Origin: Octopus vulgaris
Lineage: Eukaryota
DNA: 64,000 nucleotides
Direction: 5' to 3'
Assembly (NCBI GenBank): GCA_951406725.2
Contig: OX597818.1
Span: forward strand, 62,372,001 to 62,436,000
Below are positions 42,278 through 55,950 of this stretch, in pieces (positions within the stretch are counted from its first letter, which is position 1; each line of letters begins with the position of its first letter). The position numbers and the translations under genes are program-made. The notes below the pieces were generated by a model. That model made no database searches. It was not told the DNA's origin and saw only the letters and a list, made by a program, of their open reading frames with translations.

Positions 42278-43235
42278 TTACTTGGAAACGGATGCGTGGC
42301 GTTCGATCATATAATGATATAAATTACTTCCCACTCTTGAGCAGCAAACATAGTGTTGCCCATGCGAGACGCAGGGCTCTTCCAAGAGAAGACCAATCAC
42401 AGAAGGGGTTTGACCCTGGGATTTGTTAATGGACATGGCAAAACTAACACGAAGGGGGAATTGCAGTCTTCTCAACGTAAATGAGATTTTTGCTCCTGAT
42501 AGAGTAAGAGGAATTCTTGGAATGAAGACGTCATCATTTTTTCCACATCCAGAAAGAATGGTAGCATCGATAAACTGTTCTTTATCATTTTCTTTATCAC
42601 CAGTCGTGTCTCATTGCAAAGTCTTGGTGGTTCCAGATTGCGGAGTAGCATTACAGGAGTTCCAACTTAAAGTGCTAATATGTGGGAACGTAGTCCAGGA
42701 GGCTCCAACGAATTGAAAAATTCAAGAGGATAGTTCACCACTTCATTTTTATCTGGAATTGTATCAACAGACTTGTAAGTGAGAAGAGTTCCGGGAAGAT
42801 AATGCATTAGCTGTTGATATATTTTTTTAACAGCGATGTTTTTTGGAGCTAAAATTGCTCCTTCGCACAGCCAATTGTGATTTTGGTAGTTTTCTGTGAA
42901 GTTAGGAAAGACTTTGTGTTTGAGCTCATCCACAGAATGAACTGAAGAAAATGGCCACACTTCCATTTCTCCTACAGCATCGAGAGGCACTTTGTCATCA
43001 CCAAGTGTCAAAATGTCCTGTGCAAACTTTGGGGACATTTGATCGTCTTGTAGCTGAACTCTCATGTTAGTGGTAAGACTGAGGATCATAACATGTTGCC
43101 ACAGGGCAAAGGACTTTTGGCATGCTTGGACCTCATCTGATCTAGTGCCTTTCGGAATGAGAGGAAGAGTTTGCCTGAAATCACCTGACAAGAGAAGCGT
43201 TGTACCTCCCATATCCGAGTCCTCTCCCTCACCCA
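42278..43235 (-). mobile_element. Helitron RepHel PIF1-helicase pseudogene fragment
   Basis: LLLSGDFRQTLPLIP..LTTNMRV..AILAPKN..YKSVD; RRLQFPLRVSFAMSINKSQGQT..SHGQHYVCCSRV; frameshifted. Confidence 0.9.
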
Positions 43236-43681
43236 TGTTCACGAGTGGGCATTTTTTTCATATTTGTTTACTGCAAGTTGTTTTATACCTATTACACTAT
43301 TTTTCGTCTTATTTGCTCGAGTCAAATCCTTTAGTTTGACCGTACGTCCGCGTAACTTAGCAGTTCGTTAAAAAACCGATAGAATAAGTCCTGTGGTCGA
43401 TTTGCTTGACGGAAGGCGTGGCTCCAGCATGGCCACAGTCAAATGACAGAAACAAGTAAACGAATAGAAGAACAAAAGAATACATATATATATAAGTCCA
43501 CACACACACACACATACACACACAAACAAACACATATATACCTATACACAGATATACATACTCATACATACACATACATATGTGTTTGCATATATATGAG
43601 TGTATATATATATATATACATACAAACATATATCTATATATATATATATCTATATACACATATACATATATACATGCATAC

Positions 43682-43713
<32 letters not shown>

Positions 43714-44219
43714 TCATACATATATATATATGTCTGTATCCATATGTATAAAGGTATCAATAAATGGCGTTTAAATACCCATAAAATAAAGCTTATTCAC
43801 ACACACAGTCTATACTCTTGCACATTTCAGATATCGTCTGCAAGTCGCTGGTTGTATCGGACAGACAGTCAGACAGAAAGAAAACATTTTTATAGCAGAC
43901 AGACGTTTGTTTCACAATATATGTTAGATAAAATAAGTCTTTTAACTACAGAAGCAAAGCAACGCTGCAGGATTTCCAATCGTTTATATTATTTATCCGC
44001 TTCAAATTCGAATGCAGCAGTAAATAGCTCCATTTGAATTGCACAGTCTTGCATGAAACACAGAATATCGCAAATTGTATTGCATTTATATCTTTGCATT
44101 CAATGTTTATGTCTCAATGCACAACACTTTCTCTTTAGATTTGTTTTGCTATATCATATTACTATAAGATACATACATATATACATACATATATATAAAT
44201 AAACATATATATATGCATA

Positions 44220-44277
<58 letters not shown>

Positions 44278-44350
44278 CATATATATATATTTATATTTAT
44301 ACATATATATTCATATATATAGATATGTATATATTATACGTATATATTTA

Positions 44351-44386
<36 letters not shown>

Positions 44387-44443
44387 TACGTATGCATTTA
44401 TATATACATATATATATACATTTATGTATATATAAATACATAC

Positions 44444-44478
<35 letters not shown>

Positions 44479-44752
44479 TATGCGCATAAATATATGTATG
44501 CATACATATGTTTGTGTATATATATGCATTTTTATGTATATTTTGAATGCATATATATATATATACATTTCTAAAAGCAATCTCTACAGCACCAACGTAA
44601 ATCTGTGCATATACGCACTGCACTTAAACACGGTATTCTTATCATCTTCAACTTTTCTTGAATGCAGAGTAAGTTTTGTGAGCTGAGTTGAAAAGTAGGC
44701 GGGTTGTCACATTGTGGAAGGCAGTAGAAATTTCAAAGAGCATGTCGGAAAT

Positions 44753-44794
<42 letters not shown>

Positions 44795-44970
44795 ACACAC
44801 GCACACACACACACACACACATCACATTATATACACTTGTGCACTCAGCCACACTCATTGTATATATACACTTGTATGTGAATACATCTGCACATATATA
44901 TTAGCATATGTAGGTATATCAATTTTGATGTTTCACGCACGTTTTTGCATATATGTATTTATAAGATATA

Positions 44971-45050
<80 letters not shown>

Positions 45051-45078
45051 CATATATATATGTATGTAGGTATATATA

Positions 45079-45126
<48 letters not shown>

Positions 45127-45402
45127 CATGCATACATACATACGAACACACACGTACACAAACACAAATATAGATAGATTGATATACATCCATCATCTAT
45201 GTTTTTAAGTATGTATATATGTATGTATGCACGTATGAATGTCTGAAAGCATGTATGTACTATGTATCTCTCTATCTATCCATTCGTACATCTATCCAGC
45301 TGCCCTTTTGTGTATGTATGTATGTATCTATATGTCTGTTCGTCTGTCAGTCTATCTATCTATCTATCTCTCTATCTATCTATCTGTCTATATGTCTATC
45401 TG

Positions 45403-45454
<52 letters not shown>

Positions 45455-45516
45455 CTTATCTATCTACCTACCTATCTATTTATCTATCTATTTATTACTC
45501 TTTCTCTCTCTCGCTC

Positions 45517-45567
<51 letters not shown>

Positions 45568-46472
45568 CTCCATTTATCTATCTATCTTTGTGTATATATA
45601 TATCATACCCAACTTTCAAAGAATATGACAAACATAACCAGTTCAATATAAACTACGATCGGTTTTCTTTTTTCCCCATGTATACGATAGTATACATAAA
45701 CTGTTTCAATACTTCTGGTTTCATCTAAGTTCAGAAAATATATAAACATGGAAAATATGCAGCATGTTTATATAAGCCAGATTTAAAAATATAAACGAAA
45801 CCATAAGAGCAATATCACCCATTTAAGGAAATAAAAATAGAAAATATACCGCATAAAAGAAACTTCTGAAATTTTAGAGAAAAATCAATATTTCTAATGA
45901 CAGTTAAGATAGTTAGGATATTTGTTATCTGTATTTTTAAGATAAAGGAAGAAATCATCTGTTTCAACTACTTTTGATTGGCAGAATAAGAGAGGATAAA
46001 ACGAGAATGTTTTGAAAAAGAAAAATGACAATAATTCGTAATATGGAAGAAGATATCGTGGACTAGTTTACCTATATCATATATTCATAATTTTATATGA
46101 TAAAAAAGAGAATAGATTCAGTAGACGACGTTGTTTATTTGGTATCAACAGAAGGATATCACAAAAGGTTATACATTGACTTCACAAACACAACGTATAA
46201 GAACAGAATCTGGTTTTAAAGTTATTCACGGTGTTGTCTCTTGGAGTGGAGTCTGTTTACAAGATATTTATATACAATACTCTTAGCTAGACAATTGCAA
46301 GCTAAGCGATATACACGGTTGATTGTGTATACAATTACTGGTATTGTTACCTCTCCTTAGGCATATCTTACATGAAGTGGCTGTATTCTGAATTTAGTTT
46401 GGTGTGGTTGAATAGGATAGTTTAACAGTTTTTATCATTATCAAAATATAGAACAGTACCTATGTGAGACAG

Positions 46473-46776
46473 AGTGATCGCCGTGACCGACTATGCTATC
46501 AGATGTTGCTACACATTGCTGGTCACAATGCGCTTCGCATTGTTTTAGCATTCAAACGACGCCACCCGCTGGCTAAGCGATCAGGCCAACGGTAGAAAGG
46601 GTGAGAGAAATGTGTGGCGAAAGTGTACAGCAGGGATCAATCCCCCCTACCAGAGCCTCGTTGAGGTTTAGGTGTTTTCGCTCAATAAACATTCACAACG
46701 CTCGGTCTGGGAATCTAAACCATGATCCTACGACTGCGAGTCCGCTGCTCTAACCACTGGGCCACTGCGCCTCCAC
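46473..46776 (-). mobile_element. SINE with family B head and a different 3' part
   Basis: Head matches family B; sequence 46473-46590 does not. Confidence 0.75.
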
Positions 46777-47187
46777 GAGACTGTAATACTTTCGAAAATT
46801 AAAAAAAGCAAGATTTTGGCAACCGGAGAGCAATTTCGATTTTGCGAGTGGAATTAAACCAGCATATGTGTCCGTATTTCTGTCTGTTATTTCTATTCTG
46901 CCAGAAGTTAGTTTATAGAGAATCTTATTGGGAAACTCACTTCTGGTTAATGCCTTATTAGTATGCAATGACTGATCATTAAAAGTTTGATCATTGGTTA
47001 CCATCTTTAAGAGACTTTTCGACTTAATCTGAAAAACTGCTGAAAAAAGAATTCTCTCTCAGCAGGAATTCAAAAACAAGATCAAAGATACCTAAGAATA
47101 CATCGATGAAGTTACATAAAATCAGTTTATTCTCGATTCTTTAACTAATGGTTATACAAAAGCTATTTGAAATACGTGGATAATATA

Positions 47188-47610
47188 TATTTCTTTACTG
47201 CCCACAAAGGCCTAAACACAGAGGCGACAGACAAGTACAGACAAATGGATTAAGTCGATTATATCGACCCCTGTGCGTAACTGGTACTTATTTAATCGAC
47301 GCCGAAAGGATGAAAGGCAAAGTCGACCTCAGCGGAATTTGAACTCAGAACGTAACGGCAGACAAAATACCTATTGCTATTTCTTTACTGCCCACAAAGG
47401 GCCTAAACACAGAGGCGACAAACAAGTACATACACATGGATTAAGTCGATTATATCGACCCCAGTGCGAAACTGGTACTTATTTAATCGACGCCGAAAGG
47501 ATGAAAGGCAAAGTCGACCTCGGCGGAATTTGAACTCAGAACGTAGCAGCAGGGGAAATACTGTTGCGCATTTCGCCCGGCGTGCTAACGTTTCTGCCAA
47601 CACGCCACCT
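47188..47610 (-). mobile_element. SINE family C tandem dimer
   Basis: Two units, one head. Confidence 0.85.
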
Positions 47611-48050
47611 TATACGTGGATGATATAATTAAAGTTTAATAATTTTGATTGTAATAATGACAAATATAAGCTAAATAATGAGTTTAAATAACTGTTTCTT
47701 TGTTTCTTATTATCTCGTCTTTCATTTATGATTTCTCTCTATTTTCTAAACACTTAACCTAAACTGTAAAAACATGAATTGATTCTCTTATTAGTCCTTT
47801 TGTAATTAAATATAACTGTGCACTCTGAATTTATTCCCAGCAAATAAAGCTTAGATGATAAAGTGAACGATTATGAGTTTGAAGTTTTTCAGGCTCGAAA
47901 CATACGGATCTCAAGCGGAAAAAAATGTACACAGTGTGTGTACATTCATTTCTAGTTTAGATTATTTGTCTTTAAGTATAAAATATAACAGAAATCAATG
48001 TTAAATAACAGAGTGGACACACAACAGAAAGTGATGAAGATATGTACATA

Positions 48051-48206
48051 GGCGCAGGAGTGACTGTATGGTAAGAAGCTTCTTCCCAATCACATGGTTC
48101 CGCGTTCAATCCCGCTGCGAAGCACCTTAGGCGAGTGTCTTCTACTATAGCCTCGGGCCGACTAAAGCCTTGTGAGTGGATTTGGTAGACGGAAACGAAG
48201 CGTGTA

Positions 48207-48263
<57 letters not shown>

Positions 48264-48525
48264 CGTCTATGTGTATGTGTGTGTGTGGTGTATGTGTGTC
48301 TGTGTGTCTGTGTGTGTGTTTGTGTCTGTGTTTGTCCCTCTACTATCGCTTGACAACCGATGTCGGTGTGTTTACGTCACCGTAACTTGCGGTTCGTAAA
48401 TTTTGCAAAAGAGACCGATAGAGTCAGTACTAGGCTTACAAAGAGTAAGTCCTGGGGTCGAATTGTTCGAATAAAGGTGGTGCTCCAGCACAGTCAAATG
48501 GCCACAGAGGATTGAAACAAGTAAA
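48051..48525 (+). mobile_element. SINE family A
   Basis: GGCGCAGGAG head through GAAACAAGTAAAA tail. Confidence 0.85.
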
Positions 48526-48574
48526 ACATTAGGTGGCTGGGTATATCAAGAGGTAAGGCAAAAGTAAAATTACA

Positions 48575-48815
48575 TTCTCGTGTCATACCGACTCATAAGG
48601 GCCGGTTTCCCGGTTTCAGTGGCGTATAAATTCCCTACCTGGAGGGGACGCCAGTCCATCGCAGAGTTACTCACTTTTGCCAACTGAGTGTATTGGAGCA
48701 ACGTGAAATGAAGTGTTTTTCTCAAGAACACAATATGCCACCCTGTCCAGAAATCGAAACCACGATCTTACGCTCATTCGTCCAGCACCCTAACCACTAA
48801 GCCATGCACCTCCAC
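48575..48815 (-). mobile_element. SINE with family B-like head and CORE/V-like body
   Basis: Minus: GTGGAGGTGCATGGCTTAGTGGTTAGGG..GTGTTCTTGAG..CTGCGATGGACTGGCGTCCC. Confidence 0.7.
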
Positions 48816-50399
48816 AAATATCAAGAAGTAGTGAAACAGATTGTTAAATCAAAATAGTAGAACTTTAATTGGCAAACAACATTTTATTGAATCTTGTTGA
48901 AAGTACTCTTTGTTGTTCATTGAATGTGGTTCGGCTTCCCGATCTCTCAGCGGACTATTTTCCTATCGCTGGTATTCAATAACCGGTTGTTCTGAAATCT
49001 GCTATTGTTCTGAAAAGCAATATATATGCTGTCATTCATTGTTGTTTAAAATTTCTAAGAAATGTGCCTCAGTCGATTGGAGATTTACTGTGTTCTTTTG
49101 GTCTGCTAAGATCTTGAAATATATCTTTCCACTACAAGAGAGTCGGAAATAACTCATTTCACTAAGTGTTGGTGCTTTCAAAATATATTTAAGTACTTTC
49201 TACTGATGCTGTCTTATCTGAACCAAGATATTAGGCATTAAATGCGTATAAGTATCATAGAATGTTAAACAGGAATACTATAAAGTTATCCTACTCTACA
49301 ACGCCTATAATGGTTACTATTATATCTGCTTCTAATAATCTAAGGCTTGCCAAATATAAAGCACGGACTTTTTACCAGGGAAACGGTGAATTCCAAGGCT
49401 ACTTCCTAAGTTAATCACAACTCGGCTCCCTCACAGCCCAATATCCTCTCCCAGAGAACATGTAGGGCGAGTAAATTCACGGGAAAGGTGGAAATTCTGT
49501 GGGACCCTCGGATTTATTAAGATTTCGACACTGCACCATAGATTTGCTCTCACCAAGCTTGCATAACACTACTAATGACAGAACATAGGGGCCTAGCAAA
49601 CTAGTTCATTCTAACTCCTGATGGAATGGTACTCCTTCACCAACTAAGAACATAAGTGTTTTACTTTACCAGCAGAGAATACCCGAAACATGGATGATTC
49701 TGAACTTAGCTATAAACTAAAGTGGTCAGTGCAGGGACAGGCATTACCGAATCGGGTGGGTACCAGTCCCAGGGAATTATGTACGAAGAAAGGTTTGGAG
49801 GTGGGGTTTTTTAAAGGTAAACACCTTTCCAATAAACGTAGTGAAATAAGAACTTGTTGCACACGCCAAAAGAGTAAGACGTTCCAAAATTACTGAAATG
49901 AGAAATACCTGAAATACCGGAAATTGCGTTAGTACCTTGATGTCCATGCGGTTGACTCGGGGGAATAATCGCAGGAATTCTTATGATTCTTGTACACTTA
50001 GCACGATTTCGTAACAATCTTTACCAAGTCACCTCTATCTATATATACATGAACGTACGCCTTCCTCATCCTATCCTTATATATATATATTGTGTAATAA
50101 ATAAAAATATATGCATACATACAAACATATATGTACGTACCTACATCTACATGTATATATACATGCATATATAAATATATATAAGGTAAGTACAGGACAC
50201 CACAAAAAGACGTAGAACTCAACAGAAACGAAAACGGAAAAGCCATTTTTTTACAACAGGAAGACAGAGACGTGGAACAGGACGAGAACGAAAACGGGAA
50301 AAGCATTATTTACAACAGAAAAACAAGGTACAGGACAAGCTATACACACATAAAAAAAGGATGTCCACTAAGAGGACATCCAATATGCTAGATGTAGAC

Positions 50400-50940
50400 C
50401 CCATATGGTCTGACCACTAAAAAAAGACATGATAATCTAGGGAGAGGAAACCACTGGGATCTATGTAGAAAGCTAGGATTTGAACGTACTAATAAATGGT
50501 ATGAACATGAACCTAGTAAAGTGCTAGAAAGTAAGAAATACAAGATGTTGTGGGACTTTACCATTCAGACTGACAGAGTAATAGAAGTTAGAAGGCTTGA
50601 TTTTGGTAGCATTAGATAAAGAGAATAGAAAATGCTAGAACATTGACTTTACAGTCCCAGGTGATGAAAATATTAATATGAGAGGTATAGAAAAAATACC
50701 AGGACCTAACTATTGAATTACAGGGACAATGGAAAGTGCAGGTGAAATGTATCCCAGTAGTTATAGGTGCATTAGGAACTATCCCTAAAGATCTGAACAG
50801 ATGGATAGAGGAAATAGACATAAAATCTCGTTTAGTACAGCTCCAGAGAAAAGTGTTGCTAGGGACAGCTAAGATACGTCGGAGAATTCTTGGCATCTAA
50901 GGTTGTTGTAACAGTCTAATCTGTTGAGTGACTATGAAAA
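50400..50940 (+). mobile_element. R4/Dong-type RLE LINE 3' end followed by (TAA)n
   Basis: KRHDNLG..HWDLCRKLGF..KWYEHEP..LWDFTIQTDRVIE..IPVVIGALGTIPKDL..LLGTAKI. Confidence 0.85.
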
Positions 50941-50986
50941 TAATGATAATAATAATAATAACAACAACAACAATAATAATAATAAT

Positions 50987-51026
<40 letters not shown>

Positions 51027-51084
51027 GCTATTATCATTATTGTTGTTGTTGTTGTTATTATTATTAATTTTATTATTATTATTA

Positions 51085-51136
<52 letters not shown>

Positions 51137-51225
51137 CATTATTATTATGTGTGTGAGTGTTTTCGTTCGTATCAGTTTATGTATGTGTATGTATGTATAC
51201 ACATACTTACACACAAACACGTATG

Positions 51226-51265
<40 letters not shown>

Positions 51266-51640
51266 CGCGTAAATTAATAGATATTCCACATGTATTACTA
51301 TGTACGTGTATGTATATGCGCGTATGTGTGTGTATGTGTGCGCGGATGTGAATGTCCTTTGCCATTATAAGTTAGACTGTGTTAATTAGTCGTTGTCACT
51401 TATATCTCTTCTCATTATCTCTTCTCCGCCTCATACCACCTCCCGCTTCCTCTTACTGAATATTTTATCAAGTCCTTGTCAAATAAAGAATTTTAACCCT
51501 TCAATATTCCGACCTCGTCTATCCTATTCTTATACATACAAAACCTACATAAATTCAAGCTAAATACCAACCACATCCATCTCCATCAAATTACAAAAGT
51601 ACGTGGCCAGTGTCTTTAACACTGTCAATATATAATAAAA

Positions 51641-52030
51641 CTAGCTGTATCGCCCGGCGTTGCTCGGGTTTGTAAGGGAAATAACTATATAAGCATTTTT
51701 AGAGATGTAAAGTATAATAGCCATCTCAATATGGCTAACCACAAGGGGGGGGTTTACTGTAGCTTTTTACGGTCTGAGATTTAATAATAAACTTTTAGAG
51801 AGTTACTTCCCTTATATATGCCAAAAATGCATTAAAATGGGAAAAATTATGGTAATTTTTTTTTTAAATCGTAGACTCATCGTAGACGCGCGCTAATACC
51901 CAGAAGGGCTCGATATGAATCATGACTATAAGATACCCGGTTTTGGTCAAACTGCACCGCAAAATGTGGGAGTAGTTAGGAATCTAAATCGTAGGAGACA
52001 GACAGCACACAACCTCACTTTTATATATAA
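51641..52030 (-). mobile_element. Non-autonomous Helitron
   Basis: Minus-strand 3' end CCCGAGCAACGCCGGG hairpin then CGATACAG-CTAG|T. Confidence 0.85.
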
Positions 52031-52195
52031 TAAAATATAGCATAATCAGATTATAGGTTGAATGGTTGTATTCAGATTGAGGAACAAGGATGGCCTAAGT
52101 ACTTAACAGTATTTCGGTTACGTTCGACTAGTTTAAGAGTTTAAATGCATAAAGGCTACCCTGAGAAGGGGTCAATAAATATCTAGTGATGGTGT

Positions 52196-52569
52196 TTTGT
52201 TTGTTTGTTTGTTTGTATGTTGAGTGAAGCGGTCTTCGTCCCAGAGTGGGAGAAGTCCGAAACGTGGTCCTTTGCTATTCGTAAGACCCGCAGAAGAGAA
52301 AGCAGGTCAACCCCCGACACCGACAGCATCGACGGATGGAGGAATGTGCATCCAGGCTCAGCGGTTGCGTAGGAAGAAACAGAAAGAAAAAGTGAGAGAA
52401 AGTTGGAGCGAAAGAGTACACCAGGGGTTGCCACCACCCCTGCCGGAGCCTCGTGGTGCATTAGGTGCTTTCACTCAATAAACACACACAACGCCAGGTC
52501 TGTGAATCGAAACCGCGATCCTCCGACCGCGAGTCCGCTGCTCTAACCACTGGGCCATTACGCCTCCAC
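52196..52569 (-). mobile_element. SINE with family B head, alternative body and (CAAA)n tail
   Basis: Head matches family B; TSD-like TA(G/A)TGATGGTG on both sides. Confidence 0.8.
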
Positions 52570-52936
52570 TAATGATGGTGCTCTTGGTATTATGGTTGTT
52601 GTTTCATGAAGTTCTAGGTAATTTCCGTTTGAGCGTACATACGTCGTAGGTAATCGATTGGATGACTAACCGAGATACGCTAATCGATTGTTGTAGATAG
52701 ACCATAAAATGACCGGGTTCATAATCACACTGCTTAGTGCCAAGTCACGTGATTAACCGTCGTGGAGGTCAGTATTGTAGCAGGGCATGTTGCACTCTGT
52801 CCACTTCCCAAGAACGCTGTGGTAAGAAGTTTGCTTCCCAACCAAAAGATTCCACGTTCAGTTCAACTGCGTGGCAGCTTAGGCAAGTGTCTTCTACTAT
52901 AGGAAAGAGGTTAATCATACATACATACATGCATAC

Positions 52937-52983
<47 letters not shown>

Positions 52984-52989
52984 CACATG

Positions 52990-53075
<86 letters not shown>

Positions 53076-53198
53076 ATAGAGGGCATTATTACACACATAA
53101 ATGCCTCACACTAAGAGGGACAAAGTCATTACTACCAAAATTACACTAATCATACATAAATGCAGTTCTTCAAAGCAAGACATTTAAAAAATGAATTT

Positions 53199-53256
53199 AG
53201 TTCTGTATCACCGTGATTTCACATTTAACTTACGTCTTATGATCCTCAGCAGAACT
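53199..53256 (-). ncRNA. Minimal type I hammerhead ribozyme motif (inverted copy)
   Basis: Exact reverse complement of 53538-53595. Confidence 0.75.
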
Positions 53257-53537
53257 GATTCTGAACATATCATAAATAAACCACCAACCTTACCTAGCGA
53301 AGACGAACAGACATCCATTCACTCCGGCCAAGCACATGGAATGTTTATAAATCATATGTTCGGTAAATGGCGGGCTTTTTCGAACTGCATGTCGGGTAAG
53401 AAAAGTATTTCGGAATAAATTTAACAAATAAGGATAACTTCTTAATAAGGAATCTTAACAAGAAATTATCAAGTAGTTAGCGTGAAAACCTCATAAAAGA
53501 AAAGAATTGGTGGTTTCTTTATGATGTGTTCAGAATC

Positions 53538-53595
53538 AGTTCTGCTGAGGATCATAAGACGTAAGTTAAATGTGAAATCACGGTGATACAGAACT
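53538..53595 (+). ncRNA. Minimal type I hammerhead ribozyme motif
   Basis: AGTTCTG-CTGAGGA-T(CAT..ATG)T-GAAA-TCACGGTGA-TA-CAGAACT: 7-bp stem I, palindromic stem III, predicted cleavage AUA after 53588; U-U at base of stem II. Confidence 0.75.
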
Positions 53596-53981
53596 AAATT
53601 CATTTTTTAAATGTCTTGCTTTGAAGAACTGCATTTAGGTATGATTAGTGTAATTTTGGTAGTAATGACTTTGTCCCTCTTAGTGTGAGGCATTTATGTG
53701 TAATAATGCCCTCTATACAATATAGATATAATTAATTTGTTCAAAAGAAAAAATTATTTTCGAATTCTTTTCTTTTATGAGGTTTTCACGCTAACTACCT
53801 GATAATTTCTTGTTAAGATTCCTTATTAAGAAGTTATCCTTAATTGTTAAATATATATATTTATATATATATATATATATATATACATACATATGTATAT
53901 GTGCATATATATACTCACACACGCACAAATATATATATATATGTATATATGTATGTATGCATATATATATATGTATATATG

Positions 53982-54057
<76 letters not shown>

Positions 54058-54069
54058 CATATATGTATG

Positions 54070-54123
<54 letters not shown>

Positions 54124-54396
54124 TATCTGATAATTCTTTAAGGCAGTGATGTAATTAAATATACAACGAATATATTTAAGTTTTTGTCTAAAAACTCCTC
54201 ACATAAGAATTTATTCAGCTCGAGTTTATAGTAGAAGACACTTGCCAAAGTGCCATATAATGGGACTGAACCTGGAGCCATGTATTTAGGAAGCAAGCCT
54301 CTTAATCGGTAATCGTGGCGCATGGTCCAAGGGATTCGTGCAGGAAACCTTCAGCCCTTCAGGCACATTTACCGATAGAAATAAATACGTGCATAT

Positions 54397-55207
54397 GGCG
54401 GCGAGCTAGCAGGATCGTTAGCACGCCGGGCGAAATGCTTAGCGGTATGTCGTCTGCTGCTACGTTCTGAGTTCAAATTCCGCCGAGATCGATTTTGCCT
54501 TTCATACTTTCGAGGTCGATTAAATAAGTACCAGTTACGCACTGGGGTCGTTATAATCGACTTAATCCATTTGTCTGTCCTTGTTTGTCTACTCTGTGTT
54601 TAGTCCCTTGTGGGTAGTAAAGAAATAGGTATTTCGTCTGTCGCTACGTTGTGAGTTCAAATTCCGCCGAGGTCGAATTTGCCTTTCATACATTTGAGGT
54701 CGATAAATACGTACCAGTTACGCACTGGTGTCGTTATAATCGACTTAATCCGTTTGTCTGTCCTTGTGTGTCCCTTCTGTGTTTAGCCCCTTGTGGGTAA
54801 TAAAGAAATATGTATTTCGTCTGCTGCTACGTTCTGAGTTCAAATTCCGCCGAGGTCGAGTTTGCCTTTCATACTTTCGAGGTCGATTAAATAAGTACCA
54901 GTTACGCACTGGGGTCGTTATAATCGACTTAATCCGTTTGTCTGTCCTTGTTTGTCCCCTCTGTGTATAGCCCGTTGTGGGTAATAAAGAAATAGGTATT
55001 TCGTCTGCCGCTACGTTGTGAGTTCAAATTCCACCGAGGTCGACTTTGCCTTTCATCATTTCGGGGTCGGTAAATTAAGTACCAGTTACGCACTGGGGTC
55101 GTTATAATCGACTTAATCCGTTTGTCTGTCCTTGTTTGTCCCCTCTGTGTTTAGCCCGTTGTAGTAAAGAAATATGTATTTCGTCTGTCTTTACGTTCTG
55201 AGTTCAA
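54397..55207 (+). mobile_element. SINE family C tandem array, ~4.2 units of 180-184 bp
   Basis: Units start at 54445, 54629, 54812, 54996, 55176; single head. Confidence 0.9.
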
Positions 55208-55730
55208 GTTATATTTATTTATATTTCTACAGGCGAGCGTAAGTGTATATAGTGAATGTATGATTGTCAGCGTATGTAAGGGCATTTGTGAGGCTTGTAA
55301 ATATAATGTAGGAACTGGAGACAGAAGATTGAAACGTAAAATGGCAACAAATCGACACCTTATTAGTATGGTGGGCGCCGTGATTTTCGTATCGGCTTGC
55401 ATGACTATCTGATGTTAACAATACCACATGTTCAGTGCGCATTCATCCTAGCATAAATATGGATGAATACAATTATGCGGACAAATAGGCACACAAACAA
55501 AAACACGCACACAAGCACACACTCATACACACACACTTAGACTCATACAGACATGCTCTTATACAAGACAGATATCTACTGACTCACGCTCCAACACTCA
55601 CGCAATTTCCCTAACACTCGCGCACACGCAATGCAGACACATGTTTATTAGCAGAAAACAATATATATATATATATATCTACTTTCATAATCTACATGTA
55701 CTCATATATATAGGCAAATATACATATATG

Positions 55731-55770
<40 letters not shown>

Positions 55771-55771
55771 A

Positions 55772-55803
<32 letters not shown>

Positions 55804-55913
55804 GCAAATATATATATATATTTACACAAGCACACACTCACACACATATATATTTATATACATATGTATGTGTACACATACATACACACACATACATATA
55901 TATACATACACAT

Positions 55914-55950
<37 letters not shown>

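Larger units (their letters stand above)
53071..53852. mobile_element. ORF-less HHR-bearing element (retrozyme/PLE pLTR-like) with two inverted duplications, inserted in (TA)n
   Basis: 53071-53287 inverts to 53507-53721; 53419-53508 inverts to 53763-53852. Confidence 0.8.

Noticed and set aside
42667-43242. PIF1-like ORF as a host PIF1 gene
   Set aside because: Intronless, frameshifted, and Helitron-type motifs
45620-47170. Possible old LINE RT remnants around the SINE at 46473
   Set aside because: Too decayed to assign by eye
54445-55207. Regularly spaced repeats resembling a CRISPR array
   Set aside because: Whole ~184-bp units repeat with no unique spacers; SINE multimer in eukaryotic DNA
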